From the NCBI GenBank assembly GCA_038087875.1, contig CM075989.1, positions 19,470,001 through 19,534,000 on the forward strand: a stretch of DNA of 64,000 nucleotides, read 5' to 3'. Both the position numbers and the translations under genes were made by a program. Source of the stretch: Malacoraja senta (lineage: Eukaryota). The notes beneath the pieces were generated by a model. That model was given only the letters and a program-made list of their open reading frames with translations, made no database searches and was not told the origin of the DNA. This document shows, in pieces, positions 51,193 through 64,000 of the stretch; within the stretch, counting starts at the first letter, position 1, and every line of letters starts with the position of its first letter.

Positions 51193-54100
51193 TTTCATTA
51201 ATGCTTTTCATTAAACCTCCTGTGACTTGCCTGCAGTGTAAAGGCTGCTATATAAGGTTGTTACTCTGGCATAAACACAAAATGCTTGAGTAACAGCGGG
51301 ACAGGCAGCATCTCTGGAGAGGAATGGGTGACGTTTCGGGTCGAGACCCTTCTACAGACCCGAAACGTCGCCCGTTCCTTCTCTCCGGAGATGCTGTCTG
51401 TCCCGCTGAGTTACTCCAGCATTTTGAGTCTATCTTCAGTGTAAACCAGCATCTGGATTCCTTGCTAGATATTGAGATACTACATTGCGTACTAATTGCA
51501 TCACGAACATTAGGTTGGTGACTTTGCTGACCAAAGCATCACTAAATGATAAAATCACTTTGCCCACCATCATTCTCTCTTTTGCCGAGATATCTTCAGT
51601 TTAAACCAGCATCCACAGTTCCTTGTGTAAGAAAGAACTGCAGATGCTGGTTTAAAGTCGACAGCCCATTCCTTCTCTCCTGAGACGCTGAGTTACTCCA
51701 GCATTTTTGTGCCTACATCCACAGTTCCTTCCTATGCATTCTCTCTTTATATTGTGTTGAACTAGTCGGCAGCCAAACCTGCCTTGAGATCTTAGTGCAG
51801 CAAAATCGGCCACAGAACGAGTCGACACACTGCTATGACCACAGTGGGACTCCTCTCCACCTCCTTGACACTGCAGCCAGTCTTATCAATTTCTTCCACA
51901 CCTTTTCTTGGCCTCTCTCCTCAACAGCAGCCTGAGAAGAGTTTTAGCCACTCCACAGCGGCTGCTCTCTTCACATTAATCTGTGGGAATCAATGGACAT
52001 TTCATTAGCGTAATCAGGCGTGGATGCTCCCTGCATTAATATCCACCCCCACCTACTTTCCCGACTAATTAGTCCAGTAGCAAGGCAGCTTCGATATCTA
52101 TCCCCGACTGGAGATACATGTGAAGAGCCTGTTTTTCACCATTAACTAAATTTCTTATCAATACAATTCTCATATAATAGCCCAACACATCAGACCTACA
52201 TTGCAGCTGACAAGACATAAAGCACCTTACACTCACTGTTTCTAACTTCAGTTTCCTCACATGCAACCTGCACGGCAACTAATCATTCATAAACCGCCGA
52301 GCACCAGGTAAATAGTTTTGCATTTAACCCTGTAGGATTCATAACCCCTCTGCCACATCGGGAAGTGAGGGCAGATTCTTTAAGCACTGCCAGCAAAATG
52401 ATCAACATATTACATTCACAATGCTATTTAATTGACTACAGAGAAACATTTTAAAGATACATCAGCACATAATTATCAATCAAAAAGCATCCACAATTTT
52501 TTTTTTTAAAGTCAGAGCAGTGATGTTATATCTAAAGCAGAACGCACAAAAATGAAAGATTATTTCTTTCCCCTTTATTACTTTGTTCACTACTGAAGGG
52601 GATTGCCGAGATTCAGCATGTAGAGATTCTACGCTCATTAAAAGGAACGCACGGAATTGTTATCCAAGCCTACATGCGATTTGTATTGATTCATCTCGTG
52701 CTTTGTAAGTGCAATGTTCACGAAACGCTGGGAAAGGAGCAGCAGATTCATTTGCAAAGACTTCCCGGTGAATGAGTGACCAAAACCGCAGCTAAAAATA
52801 TAACAGCACCAGGATCATTTCTCCTTCTCCCGATTATTATTGATACGCAGCCATATTTTTGAATCGATTGATTTCCATTACCCAATTTCATTTTCAAGCA
52901 AATGCTTCACTTTTATTCTTTTGTGCACCACACTAACCTTGCGCAGGCAAAGATGCAAAACCCCACGGTTCATCGCTTTGCAAAGCCTCCCTGGTGATGA
53001 CTCTCGATTTCTTTGCTGGGGACAATAAAATTAAACTTCCACAAACTGCAGCAAAGAATTATCATTAAGTCAGGAGTCAAGGGTCAAGAGTCCCAGATAG
53101 AACAATGATATTATTACTTGCTGCAGCAATACAGAATGTGTAATCATAATAGATAATATAACAAAAACTCAGAAAAAAAAGAACAAACAATAACTGTGTA
53201 ATAATAATAATAATAATAATAATAATAGTCTATTGTAGTTCATATTGTATTACTGCTGTGAGCCATTTTCTCAGATGTGCAGGTCAGAGATTTATTAAGT
53301 GAAATCCAGAAACATGTACTGTACTTCCAACCCTTTTGGTGTACTGTTCTCAATAATTTTCTTGTGTACTGTCAAAATTAGGTCGGCGATTTCTATCTGC
53401 ATTAAGGCTAAAATATCTTCAGAACTGTTTGGAAAGCTTCAGTGCTTTGAAAGGTAAACTAATGTCCAGAAATGCTTGACCTCTAATTTGTGAACTCTAA
53501 TTTGTAGCAGGGTTCAGGTTTCAGAAGCCTGGCCCTGAAGGGTCATGCAATCTAAGTGACCTTGGCCGCTGCCTCTGTCCAGCTGCCACCATCTCAGCAG
53601 CATGTTTGTGGACAGCTAACGAGACACAGAAACCTGGAGCTGGTCATTTCAGGCAGCCATCTTGATTCTGTGGATTTATTCCCCATCAAGACTAACAGTT
53701 TCAGTTTCAGTTGAGTTTATTGTCACATGTACCGAGGTACAGTGAAAAGCTTTTGTCGCGTGCTAACCAGTCAGCGGAAAAACAATACATGATTACAATC
53801 GAGCCATCCACAGTGTGCAGATATATGATAAGGGAATAACGTTTTGTGCAAGGTAAAGCCAGTAAAGTCCGAGGGTCATGAATGACTAATAAAGGCGTGA
53901 ACATGTCTTACATAATGAACTTTGGGATTTGAATCTTAGAGCTGCTGTGAACTGAATATTATTAGTTTGTTTCATATAGTGTTTTTTTTAATTGATGTAT
54001 TTTTTTGTTTATTATGTTATATATGATGTATTGTGTTTACCGGCCTATGCAGCTACAAGTCAAAATGTCGTATTCTGTTTTCACTTCATATGACAATTAA

Positions 54101-54319
54101 ACACATTTGACGATATCACCCTCTTTACGAAGAAAAGGAGAATATTCAGATAGAATAATGTAAAGTTTAAATAATCATTTAAAATTTGTATTTAAAGTTT
54201 AAATTCTGACTTTTTAACACAAAACAAAACAGAATTTATGTCGTGCTCAGCTTTATTAATTCACCAGCAGAAAGAAAATGTGCAAATTAGATGGGAGGGT
54301 TCAATATATTGCTTTAATT

Positions 54320-54982
54320 AGCACAGTGGTGCAGCGGTAGAGTTGCTGCCTTACAGCGCCAGAGACCCGGTTTCGATCCTGACTACGGGTGCTGTCTGTA
54401 TGGAGTTTGTACTTTCTCCCTCTGACCTGCGTGGGTTTTCTCCGGGTGCTCTGGTTTCCTCCCACATTCCAAAGACGTACAGGTTTGTAGGTTAATTGGC
54501 TTCGGTAAGATCGTAAATTGCCCCTAGTGTGTAGGATAGTGCTAGTGTATGACAGATGGCGCAATGGGCTAAGTGTTCGGCTGGCAACCGGAAGGTAGCC
54601 GGTTCGAATCCCGCTTGGAGTGCATACTGTCGTTGTGTCCTTGGGCAAGACACCTCACCCACCTTTGCCTGCGTGTGAATGTGTGTGAATGTGTGTGAGT
54701 GTGTGTGAGTGATTGGTGGTGGTCGGAGGGGCCATAGGCGCAGATTAGCAGCCACGCTTCCGTCAGTCTGCCCCAGGGCAGCTGTGGCTACAGAAGTAGC
54801 TCACCACCACCGAGTGTGACTGAGGAGTGAATGAATAATGCGATGTAAAGCGCCTTGAGTATTAGAAAGGCGCTATATAAATCCCATCCATCATTATTAT
54901 TATTAGTGTATGGGGGTCGCTGGTCGGCGTGGACTCGGTGGGCCGAAGGGCCTGTTTCTACGCTGTATCTCTAAATTAAACA
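54320..54982 (+). mobile_element. HE1-like V-SINE split by a nested SINE
   Basis: HE1 sequence resumes at 54904. Confidence 0.88.
54552..54903 (+). mobile_element. Full-length tRNA-derived CORE-type SINE
   Basis: A box TGGCGCAATGG, B box GGTTCGAATCC, CORE-like tgtgtccttgggcaagacac, L2-type tail gcgctatataaat..(ATT)n; 9-bp TSD tagtgtatg at 54543-54551 and 54904-54912. Confidence 0.85.
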
Positions 54983-54989
54983 AAATTGG

Positions 54990-57900
54990 TGTTTTCTTTG
55001 TGTTGTGCGCATACTGGCACTTAAAAAAAGTTACGCATCATTATCTCAATTTCTGGGCAAGCGACTTATATGTTTATTAATCCTGTGTACCGACAACATT
55101 TTACCTACAAAACACGACTGACTTTATGACCACCTCTTAAAATGGGAAATTATTGGTGAAAGAGTTCTGGAATGAGAGGCAATATGAACGGCTTTTTAAA
55201 ATAATTACGTTTTGATGGTAGTGGCTGTAACTCTGAAGAAGAAACACAAATATGGAGGCTTCCACCTGAATTTCAGTGCTACATTGCAACAAGTTTTGAA
55301 TATGTTCAGTCGGTATGCATAGATAAGATGACATTAATCCTAGGTTGTTTACACAGGCCAGCGTTCGGTTTCAAGAGATGCTCTCACGTTGAAGAAACGG
55401 AACTCATCGCAGTCCTTTAACAGCTAAGAGCCTCTTAATAAAATGCCAGAGAGCTGTGGTGCCATCAAATCTTTCTAGACACACTGATCTTTTCATTAGG
55501 AAAATGGGCAAATCATAAAATCTTCTGCCAATGTTCATGTTTATAGGAACGTGAATTAATAGTGGAAAACGTTACAAAGAAAAAAAGTTGAAAGCCATTA
55601 GCCTGAGGCACAAGCAGAGTCATCAATAGATGTACAATATTAGAGCTTGTTTAAATCTCGGTAAAGAACTGTTATGCACTATTGTTATTGACCTTCCTCT
55701 TCTAATTATCACCCAAAGGTGACAGATGATGCAGACTAATGACTACATATTACTATCTAAACTGCATCACTGTCAAAACCTTGAAGTCATTACTACCTGA
55801 GGAAAATCAAAAAGGAATTTGTAATCTCAAGAGTCCTGGCTGAATAAAACTAACGCTAACTAAACTGCAGATACCAAGCAAGGTGAATAAATCGCCGAGG
55901 TCAGTATCAAATCCTTGCAGAAAGAAAAATCATAAAACCTGTGTTGAAAATGACAGCAAATTGCTCAAAATTTCTTTGTAATAAAGGCATCTCACTGCAC
56001 AAAGGACGTTAACGACATTTAATTCTCAGACAAGCAGGCAGCAGGGCAAAGTCTGTTCTGTTCACTGACGCCATTTGCCTGAGAGTGAAGGTGTCTACAA
56101 GCTCTGAAAATTGGATCAGAGGGATAACGCTTTGCTTGCCCTGGTCACGTGGGCCCGCGAGCTTGATGGATCAATACCCAGTGTGACACTTTCAGAATTC
56201 ATTGAAAATGATGCCCTTTCAAACAGCACCCACATTTTACAGAAGCCACTTTCATTGTAAAACACGGAATGCGTGTTGCCAGTAATGTTTGCAGTATTGG
56301 TAAACCTGAGGTGGGTTGCATTAAATTAAACTTCTACATTGTCAGGGGGTTGTACAGGACTGACTTCAAAAAACACCTGGGATGGCTTCTGCCTGATGGC
56401 ATTAAACCTGGTCCTGAAATCATAATTTCCACGGCATATTTTTTTCCTTTCAATGGACGAACAGACTAGTGGTCAGTACAGCATTCAGCTGCAGTATCTC
56501 GTCTACCAATTATCAGGGGTCAGGGCTGTTGTTTTAACGCAGAGAACGTTCTCCACCCTTTCTTACTGAGGAAGGCACAAGGTTAATTTTAAACCCTCGA
56601 GGTCTTAAAAAAATAATTAAAGGTTTCATTTCATCGAAAAGGAGAATTACGCCCCCTTTAAAGATTCAGGACATCCTTTGGTTTCTTTGCTCGTTAAATG
56701 AACGGCTTTATGTTCTGTCTGCGGATGAGCAGAGGGGCCGAGAGCCTTTAAGAGGAAACAGGAGCAGCAAGGATGATTTTCCATCAGGAGTCTGGCGGTC
56801 AGTTATATTCACTCCCAGCAAATTGGGCCCCTCGTTTGGGCTAATTCCTGCCTCACCACAGACTGCTAACGCGGCTGGGATGAAAGAGAAGGGAGAGAAA
56901 AAAAATCTATGCGGGGAGACTGCAAGAGCATATATAGTCTGCTCGGAGCTCCTTCCAGAGGCAGACAGCAATCAATAAATCAATAGGAAATGTTCGTTGG
57001 CTGTAAAATGGGTAGAGAATGTCAGGGCCGCTTTAAGATGGATGGACAGTAGATTTGCAGTCTGCTCAAAGGTCAGAGGTGACTAACACCTTGAGATGAG
57101 ATCTGTGGCCACTGGCCTAACGAAGGCTTTGAATCCGTGGCTTTACCTAATAAATCTTAGGCAAGGCTGCACCTTGCTAGCGACGAGGTCCCACTCCTTG
57201 GTTCTGTTGCTGCCTGGTCTTGCCCTGGGCTTGGCAGAGAGAACCCTCACCTCTGCCTCCTTCACCCCCCTCCCCCCCCCATGTGCCAATTCCTTCACCT
57301 CACGACAGCACGGCTTGGAGACAAAAATAAATTGAGCCCTTCCCCAATGTTAATTACAAAAAAAGCGAGATGAGGTGAACTTTCTGACTGAAAAATGATT
57401 TCCATCTGCAAAGGGATTTGATATGAAGCATTTTAGCCGGCGCATCATTTTTCAGTCAATCTTTAGCTCCTTCACATTAATTTGCAAAAGTAACATTGGT
57501 TTCTGAATACGCTCTTAATTTTTGTGGTGTCCATTTTAATTTGTCGAATTTATTGGACTGAAATCCCTCCTTTGTGTTACCTGTTAGATTTTTACTGGGA
57601 TTTTTTTATCCTTCCCCAACATCTGAATTGAAAATTTAATTTCTGGTGTGTGATCAGTGCAGATGTAGCCACGAAGCAGAGATTGTCAGTCACGTGTACC
57701 CTTTCCTTACCGTACACCGAGATATGATTTCTGTGGAAACTGTGGCCTTTAAGAAAAATACCTCTATTCTCCTATTTTTAATCTTTCATGCCTCTTCCCC
57801 GAGCCTCTTTGGCCTTGTCAAAGCCTATCGGCCAGTTAGAAGCTAAAAATATTTTCGCATCGATTCACTCTATTGATTTTTATTTTATCTGTGTGTTGGT

Positions 57901-58285
57901 TTAGAGAGTTGAGGTGAAAGGTCAAAGTTCCCCAGCTTACTTCGAGCAGGGTGAAAGGTGAAAGTTGCTCGGCTTAATTCGATGTTTTATTCGGACAGCA
58001 GAAGAATGGGCCTTGATTGAACTTCGGGGGGGATGTGGGGGAATAATGAGCCCAGGTTTCAGTGGCATTGATATGCAGGTGTAATAAAAAAAAAAATATT
58101 CGACAAATTATAGACAGAGAAAAATCGCAAGCATGGTTTGGTAAGGGGAAAGTTGGGGGAGTGTGTAATTCTGGACCGCAGTGCAGTGTACTGACAATCA
58201 AAGTTAGCAGGCAATGTCAGTCAAGGGCACAATAGCATTCAGACACTGCAGAGGCATAACATTGACTAACTGAGGCAGTACAGCC
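54990..58285. promoter_or_regulatory. TE-free non-coding block with DR1 motifs, candidate enhancer
   Basis: About 3.3 kb free of repeats; AGGTCA-type direct repeats at 57070-57082 and 57912-57968. Confidence 0.45.
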
Positions 58286-59752
58286 TGTGGATTAAAATCA
58301 TGAGGGGAATAGATAGGGAGAATGCACAAAGCCTTTTATCTAGGGGAGGGGAACTGAAAACAAGAGGACATATGTTTAAGGTGAGATGGGCAAGATTTAG
58401 TTGAGTTTAGCTTCGAGATACAATGTGGTAACAGGCCCTTCAGTCCAGTTGAGTTGAGTTTATTATCACGTATACCGAGGTACTGTGAAAATAAAGCTTT
58501 TTGTAGTGTGCTATCCAGCCAGCAGAAAGACAATACATGATTACAATTGCGCCATTTATAGCGTATAGATACATGATAAGGGACTAACGTTTAGTGCAAG
58601 GTAAAGCCAGCAAAGTCTGATCAAGGATAGTCCGAGGGTCACCAATGAGGTGGATAGTACCGAAGATAGACACAAAAAGCTGAAGTAACCAAGCGGGTCA
58701 GTTACTCCAGCTTTTTGTGTCTGTCTTTGGTTTAATCCAGCATTTGCAGTTCCTTCCTACACCTTCAGTCCACCGAGTCCACGCCAACGAGGGATCACTC
58801 GTACACTAGTTCTGTCCTGCACACCATCAGGGAGAAGAAGGGGTGACCAGGGTGGGACAAGACTTTGATTATTTAGGCTGCTTTTCGGAGACAGCGTGAA
58901 GTGTAGATGGTGTTATTCCATCATGAGGTTGATCACATCCATGTTGTCCTCTGAGGTTGGTGAGACCCATATATCCATTATACCGACAGACTGGCAGCAA
59001 AGATGATCCTTTCAGCTTGAGATCCATGTTAACCCAAAGATGACCATTTCATGCAGATATAGACTGCTACAAGTCAATACCCGACTCCCAGAATTGTGAA
59101 GCAGCAATTCTGCACTCCCACACTGAACCTGAAAACTATTAGCATGTGCCGTTATACTCTGTACAGGAGTATATATTCTTTAAAAGGGACCAACGGCTAA
59201 ATCAGCCGGTTTATGAAATAATTTTAGCTTCATCAGGTCAGTTATTGATTGATTGAAAGATGCACCATGGAAACAGGCCCTTCAGCCCACTGGGTCCACG
59301 CCGACCATCGATTCTAGATCTATGTTATCCCTCTCTTGTATCATTATAGAGTGCCAAATAACTATAAAACCCACACGTAGCTCCTAGAGGAAACACACGT
59401 GGTCACAGAGAGAACGTGCAAACTCCACACAGACAGCACCCAAGGTCACGATCGAAGCCAGGTGTGTGGCGCTGTGAACTCTACTACGGTGTTGCCCAAT
59501 GTGAAATAGTAGTGGGAGAAGGTACTTTTGGATAATCCAAGAAGGATCTGGATACATCCATTTTAGAGAGATTGGGTCTCTAAGATTGCAGAGAGATCCA
59601 TGGAAGGGGAGGGTCACTCGATGACTATGACTCTCAGAGAGGGAGAGAGGGAATGCTAGGAGCTGTATTTTGGGAATAGCTGGATATGGCATTTTGGTCC
59701 TTTGCTCTTCTATACATCCTACCTATGAAGCTGAACACCGTTCAAGATAAAG

Positions 59753-59838
59753 AAGGGTTTCGGCCCGAAACGTTACCTATTTCCTTCGCTCCATAGATGC
59801 TGCTGCACCCGCTGAGTTTCTCCAGCATTTTTGTGTAC
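59753..59838 (+). mobile_element. 86-bp single-arm Penelope-like insertion
   Basis: 17-bp TSD caccgttcaagataaag at 59736-59752 and 59839-59855. Confidence 0.85.
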
Positions 59839-60342
59839 CACCGTTCAAGATAAAGTTCACTTGCATGGCAGCTTATCCAGTTGTTAGGGGCACAGAGATA
59901 GAGATGCTGCCTTATGGCGCCAGAGACGCGGATTCTACAGGTGTGGTCTGTACGGAGTTTGTATGTTCTCCCCGTGACAGTGTGAGTTTTCCCTGGTGCT
60001 CTGGTTTCTTCCAAAGACATACTGGTTTGTAAGTTAATTTGGCTTTGGTAACAATTGTAATTTGTCGTGCTAGCGTACGGGGATCGCTGGTTGGCGCGGA
60101 CTCGGTGGCACAAAGGGCCTGTTTCCACCCTGCACCTCTAAACTAAAAATTAAACACAACTAATCTCTTCCCTCCACCACTACCACACCGCGTGTCGCCT
60201 AATGGTTGCACTGTGGCAAATTGCCAAAGTTGACAAACTCCTTCAAAGTACTCCATTAATAAGGCCAAGGAAAGCACATGCACACACGCACTATGGATAT
60301 AGAGTATACCGGTGGCAAACACAGCAACTAGTCCTGGATAAA

Positions 60343-60408
60343 CAGCCTATCTCCTTCGCTCCATAGATGCTGCTGCACCCGCTGAGTTTCTCCAGCATTT
60401 TTGTGTAC
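60343..60408 (+). mobile_element. 66-bp truncated Penelope-like arm insertion
   Basis: TSD cctggataaa at 60333-60342 and 60409-60418. Confidence 0.75.
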
Positions 60409-60865
60409 CCTGGATAAATCTCACTGCGTCTACATTGATGTTGAGTCTATCCTGGCTCCACTCACATCTTGCTACTTTGTTCAGCAAGAAGGAAACTGGA
60501 TCCTGTAAACCACGAACTCCAGGTTCAAGAACAGTCAACGTCCAAGCAACCATTAGGCTTTTAAACACTGAGCTTGAGTTGAGTTTGTTGTCACATGCAC
60601 CGAGGTACAGTGGAAAGCTTTTGTTGCATGCTAACCAGTTAGTGGAAAGACTATACATGATCACAACCGAGCCATCCACAATGTACAGATACAGGATTAA
60701 TGTGAATAACACTCAGTACAAGGTAAAGTTTAGTAAAGTCTGATCACAGATAGTCCAAGGGTCTCCAATGACCTCGGGACTGCTCTCTAGTTGTTGGTAA
60801 GATGGTTCAGTTGTCTGCTTTGACCACAGCAACTATGATCTTCTATCTACTGTGTCTGTAGAATT

Positions 60866-61088
60866 CTAGTCTGTGGAATTCTCTGCCTCAGAGGGCGGTG
60901 GAGGCAGGTTCTCTGGATGCTTTCAAGAGAGAGCTAGATAGGGCTCTTAAAAATAGCGGAGTCAGCGGATATGGGGAGAAGGCAGGAACGGGGTACTGAT
61001 TGGGGATGATCAGCCATGATCACATTGAATGGCGGTGCTGGCTCGAAGGGCCGAATGGCCTACTCCTGCATCTATTGTCTATTGTCTT
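60866..61088 (+). mobile_element. CR1 LINE 3' end
   Basis: Very similar to the inverted copy at 11625-11825. Confidence 0.88.
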
Positions 61089-62167
61089 TGGATGCAGAAT
61101 GGACTTTGATTTTGCACTTTAATAGTTGCCTAATATTACAGTATTTCTTGTTTTATTGATTTTTATATATTTATATGTGTGCCATTGTGTTCACAGACCC
61201 GTACAGCTGCAACAAGTAAGAATATAATTGTTTCATTGCTAGTACATATGACAATTATACACTCTCAATTCCTGACTCTTGACACGTGTTCCTCGATCCT
61301 CCCACTTAACAATTACAAAAGCTTTCTGATAACCTGGTTCAAGAAGGGAATTCTTCATCACCCTCTCGAGGAGCTACTAGGAATGGACAGCAAATGTGGG
61401 CTTTCTCAGCAATGGTCAGGCACTGAGAATGGACGTCAACAAAAAAGGGATCCAATCCGACCCGCGGGATAATTTGGGGGAAAAAAAGTATATTCATGAG
61501 TCCCATTTATTATGTATCTGTACGGCAGCCTCTCCCTCTCTCTCGCCAGTAAAGTCCGATTAAAGATAGTCCAAGGGTCTCCAATGAGGTAGATGGCAGC
61601 TCAGGACCGTTCTCCAGTTGGTAATAGCACGGTTCAGTTGCCTGCTAATGGCTGGGAAGAAACTGTTCCTGAATCTGGAGGTGTGCATTTTCACACAAGT
61701 TTCCGTACCTCTTTCCTGATGGGAGAGGGGAGAAGAGGGAGTGACTCGTCCTTGATTATGCTGCTGGCCTTGCCGAGGCAGCGTGAAGTGTAGATGGAAT
61801 GGAGATTATTCTCATCTGTCTGCGCATGATCCAAAAACCTCCATTCCCTGCATATCTATATGCCTATCTAACAGCCTTTTAACCATCACTGTCGCATCTG
61901 TGCTTTGTTTGCAGTAGAAAGGATTTGAGATGGGAACTTCAATCACACAGGATACCTTGACATGAACTGGTTTTGTTTGAATTTGCTTCCACGGAGACGG
62001 GAATGAAGATGGGGGATGAAATCGGAAATTTTAAGACAGATTGAATATAATGATTCTGGTCTTCTAATTTTTATTTTCAAACATATTGTAGGATGTGCAC
62101 ACCAATTAATCCCTTGCCAATCTTAGATGTTGTGGGTAGATATATATGGATATTTTACGAGCAGTTG

Positions 62168-62850
62168 GCAGCATAGTGGCGCAGCAGGTAGAGCTGCTGC
62201 CTCACTGTGCCAGAGACACGGGTGCAATCCTGATCTTGGTTAGCTGTCAATGTGGAGTTTGCACGTTCCCACTGTGACCACATGGGTTTCCTCCCACATC
62301 CCAAAGACGTGCGGGTTGGTAGGTTAATTGGCCTCTGTAAATTGCCCCTGGTGTGTAGTGAGTGGATGAAAAAGTGGGATAATGTAGAACTCATTTTAAT
62401 GGCTGAAGAAGGGTCTCCACCCAAAACGTCACCCAATCCTTCTCTCCAGAGATGCTGCCTGTCCCGCTGAGTTACTCCAGCATTTTGTGTCTGTCTTCAA
62501 TGGGTGAACATTGGTCGGTGTGGACCTGGCGGGCTGAAGGGCCTGTTTCCTTGCTGTATCTTTCAATCAGTTTAGTTTAGGAAGGAACTGCAGATGCTGG
62601 TTTAAACCGAAGATACACACAAAAAGCTGAAGTAACTCAGCGGGACAGGCAGCATCTCTGGAGAGAAGGAAAGGGTGACGTTTTGGGTGGAGACATTTCT
62701 TCAGCTATTCAAATGAGTTCTACATTATCCCACTTTTTCATCCACTCTCTACACACCCGGGGAAATTTCCGGAGGCCAATTAACCTACAAACCCACACGT
62801 CACTCATTCCTTCTGTCCAGAGATGCTGCCTGTCCCGCTGAGTTACTCCG
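62168..62850. mobile_element. HE1 SINE and Penelope-like arms, nested and partly duplicated in inverted orientation
   Basis: HE1 at 62168-62580 with an arm at 62403-62498; inverted HE1 segment at about 62710-62800. Confidence 0.75.
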
Positions 62851-63243
62851 GGGAGGAAGCGGCCGCTCCAGACATTTCCAAGCTGCTGAGGACTGTTCAC
62901 CCGACGCTGGCGTTCCATCTTCCCGGCAGGTGGGCCTATAACATCGGGCTGCCGTTGCGGTGACTGGCTGCGGAGGCCTCAAATAGGCCCCGACCTCAGG
63001 TGGACTAGGAGGAGGAGGAGGACTGGATTTTTTGGTGCCTTCCCTCACAGTGGAAAGTGTTGATTCTGCTGTTGGGGGGACGTTCATGTTGAATCCTATA
63101 GTGTATTGTGTCTTTTTTTTCTTCTTTTTTATTTTATATGGATGTATAGTAATCTAATTTTTTTTCTCTGTAAAGCACTCTGGCTTCAACATGATTTTGA
63201 TTTAAAAGTGCTATATAAATAAAAATTACTTACTTACTTACTT
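62851..63243 (+). mobile_element. GC-rich retroposon 3' end with (TACT)n tail, unclassified
   Basis: tgtaaagcact..gtgctatataaataaa L2-type end; related segments at about 34060-34270 (minus) and 47255-47390. Confidence 0.55.
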
Positions 63244-64000
63244 CAGCATTTTGTTTCAATCAGTTTAGTTTCGTTTGGTTTATTATTGTCATGTGCACCG
63301 AGGTACAGTGAAAAGCTTTTTGTTGCGTGCTAACCAGTCAGCGAAAAGACTCCACATGGTTACAATCAAGCCGTCCATCAAAGTCTAGACCGGGGGCGGC
63401 GAACTGTCCCGTAGGAAACTGCAAAAATCAATAAAAACCAAGGTCCTCAACCTTTCTGTTGAAATACCAACATTTTATTGTGAAATATGTTTTTCACTTA
63501 TCTTGGTCCATGTGACAATAATAAACCAATACCAGTACCAATGTGGAAACTGAACTCAGCAGAATTGCCCATGTCTTTTCAGTACCTTTGGCCCGTGGTT
63601 TAAATTGACCCACCGGCAGAGATATTCTCTCCACCTTCTGCAGCTTTCCATCCAGGGTGCGCAGTAGGAGAGGAGGGCTGGTCTCCGCGCAGTACAAAAG
63701 GGGCCTTCCACCCGTGCTGTTTGCGCACTGCTGACTTTTGTGTCTTGACACTGGGTAAACTCCGTCCCTTGATAAGCCACGGGCGGTTCACCGCGTTCTA
63801 TCTGGTCGGAGTGCTTTGCTTTGCTTCAGTAAACACGGTGAAACAAGGCTGTTGACTCCTGTCCTCCAACAAGGGACTCCAGCAACAGAGCAAGCCCGGC
63901 CATCGCAAACAGAAAACTAAACTTGCTGAAAAAAAGGAAGGTTACAAAGTAATTCCACGCCTTGAAAAAAGTTTGTTAATCATAATCATACTTTATTAGC

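Overview
This is eukaryotic, repeat-rich vertebrate DNA, almost certainly from a cartilaginous fish such as a skate or ray. The evidence is HE1-type V-SINEs, HER1/CR1 LINE tails and Deu-domain SINE relics. No intact protein-coding gene is recognisable; the ORF track is transposon debris or chance ORFs. Main contents: (1) a CpG-rich promoter-like region near 2.3-4.3 kb with a probable minus-strand first exon of an unidentified gene; (2) a full-length but mutated DIRS1-type tyrosine-recombinase retrotransposon (14672-19518, minus strand) with ITRs, ICR and gag/RT/RNase H/methyltransferase/YR remnants, inserted at a TTT inside a CR1 LINE; (3) many Penelope-like (PLE) terminal-repeat fragments carrying a minimal hammerhead-ribozyme motif, several of them short TSD-flanked single-arm or fold-back insertions; (4) CR1 and Rex1/Babar LINE fragments and tRNA-derived SINEs, including a young CORE-SINE nested in an HE1 SINE; (5) transposon-free blocks that look like conserved enhancers, one with clustered DR1 nuclear-receptor sites. 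All family names come from motif recognition, not database searches, and repeat boundaries are approximate unless TSDs are given.
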